Origin: Azolla caroliniana
Lineage: Eukaryota; Plantae; Polypodiophyta
Direction of reading: 5' to 3'
DNA: 64,000 nucleotides
Assembly (NCBI GenBank): GCA_043228905.1
Contig: JBHGNT010000001.1
Span: forward strand, 35,278,001 to 35,342,000
Made by a program: the position numbers and the translations under genes. The stretch's first letter is position 1, and each line of letters begins with the position of its first letter. The notes below the pieces were generated by a model. That model saw nothing but the letters and a program-made list of their open reading frames with translations. It ran no database searches and was not told the origin of the DNA. Shown one piece after another: positions 63,996 through 64,000 of the stretch.

Positions 63996-64000
63996 TCCTT

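Overview
Eukaryotic, intron-containing plant nuclear DNA. The gene set, short introns and repeat landscape suggest a seed-free vascular plant such as a fern, but this is inference only. Recognisable genes, left to right: 5' exons of an RNase H1-type gene (minus, running off the left edge); an intronless NCED; a KDM3/IBM1-type JmjC demethylase; a divergent MADS-domain gene; an intronless BFA2/At4g30825-like P-class PPR gene; tRNA-Ala(UGC); 4CL; PDX2; an FHA/coiled-coil gene (At2g45460-like); and an ATI1/2-like gene. Intergenic DNA holds decayed RTE- and L1-type LINEs, three TSD-flanked truncated LINE 3' ends, a probable solo LTR, MITE-like hairpins and a ~1.1 kb foldback. The most unusual part is 21.7-29.6 kb. 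There an open MADS gene sits in a mosaic of broken gene pieces: an internally deleted copy of the neighbouring PPR gene, a copy of the NCED transit-peptide region, a copy of NCED upstream DNA, and a pseudogenised organellar alanyl-tRNA synthetase fragment missed by the ORF track. No prokaryote-type system (CRISPR, operon) is present. Exon limits were read by eye and homology calls are from remembered family motifs, not database searches.
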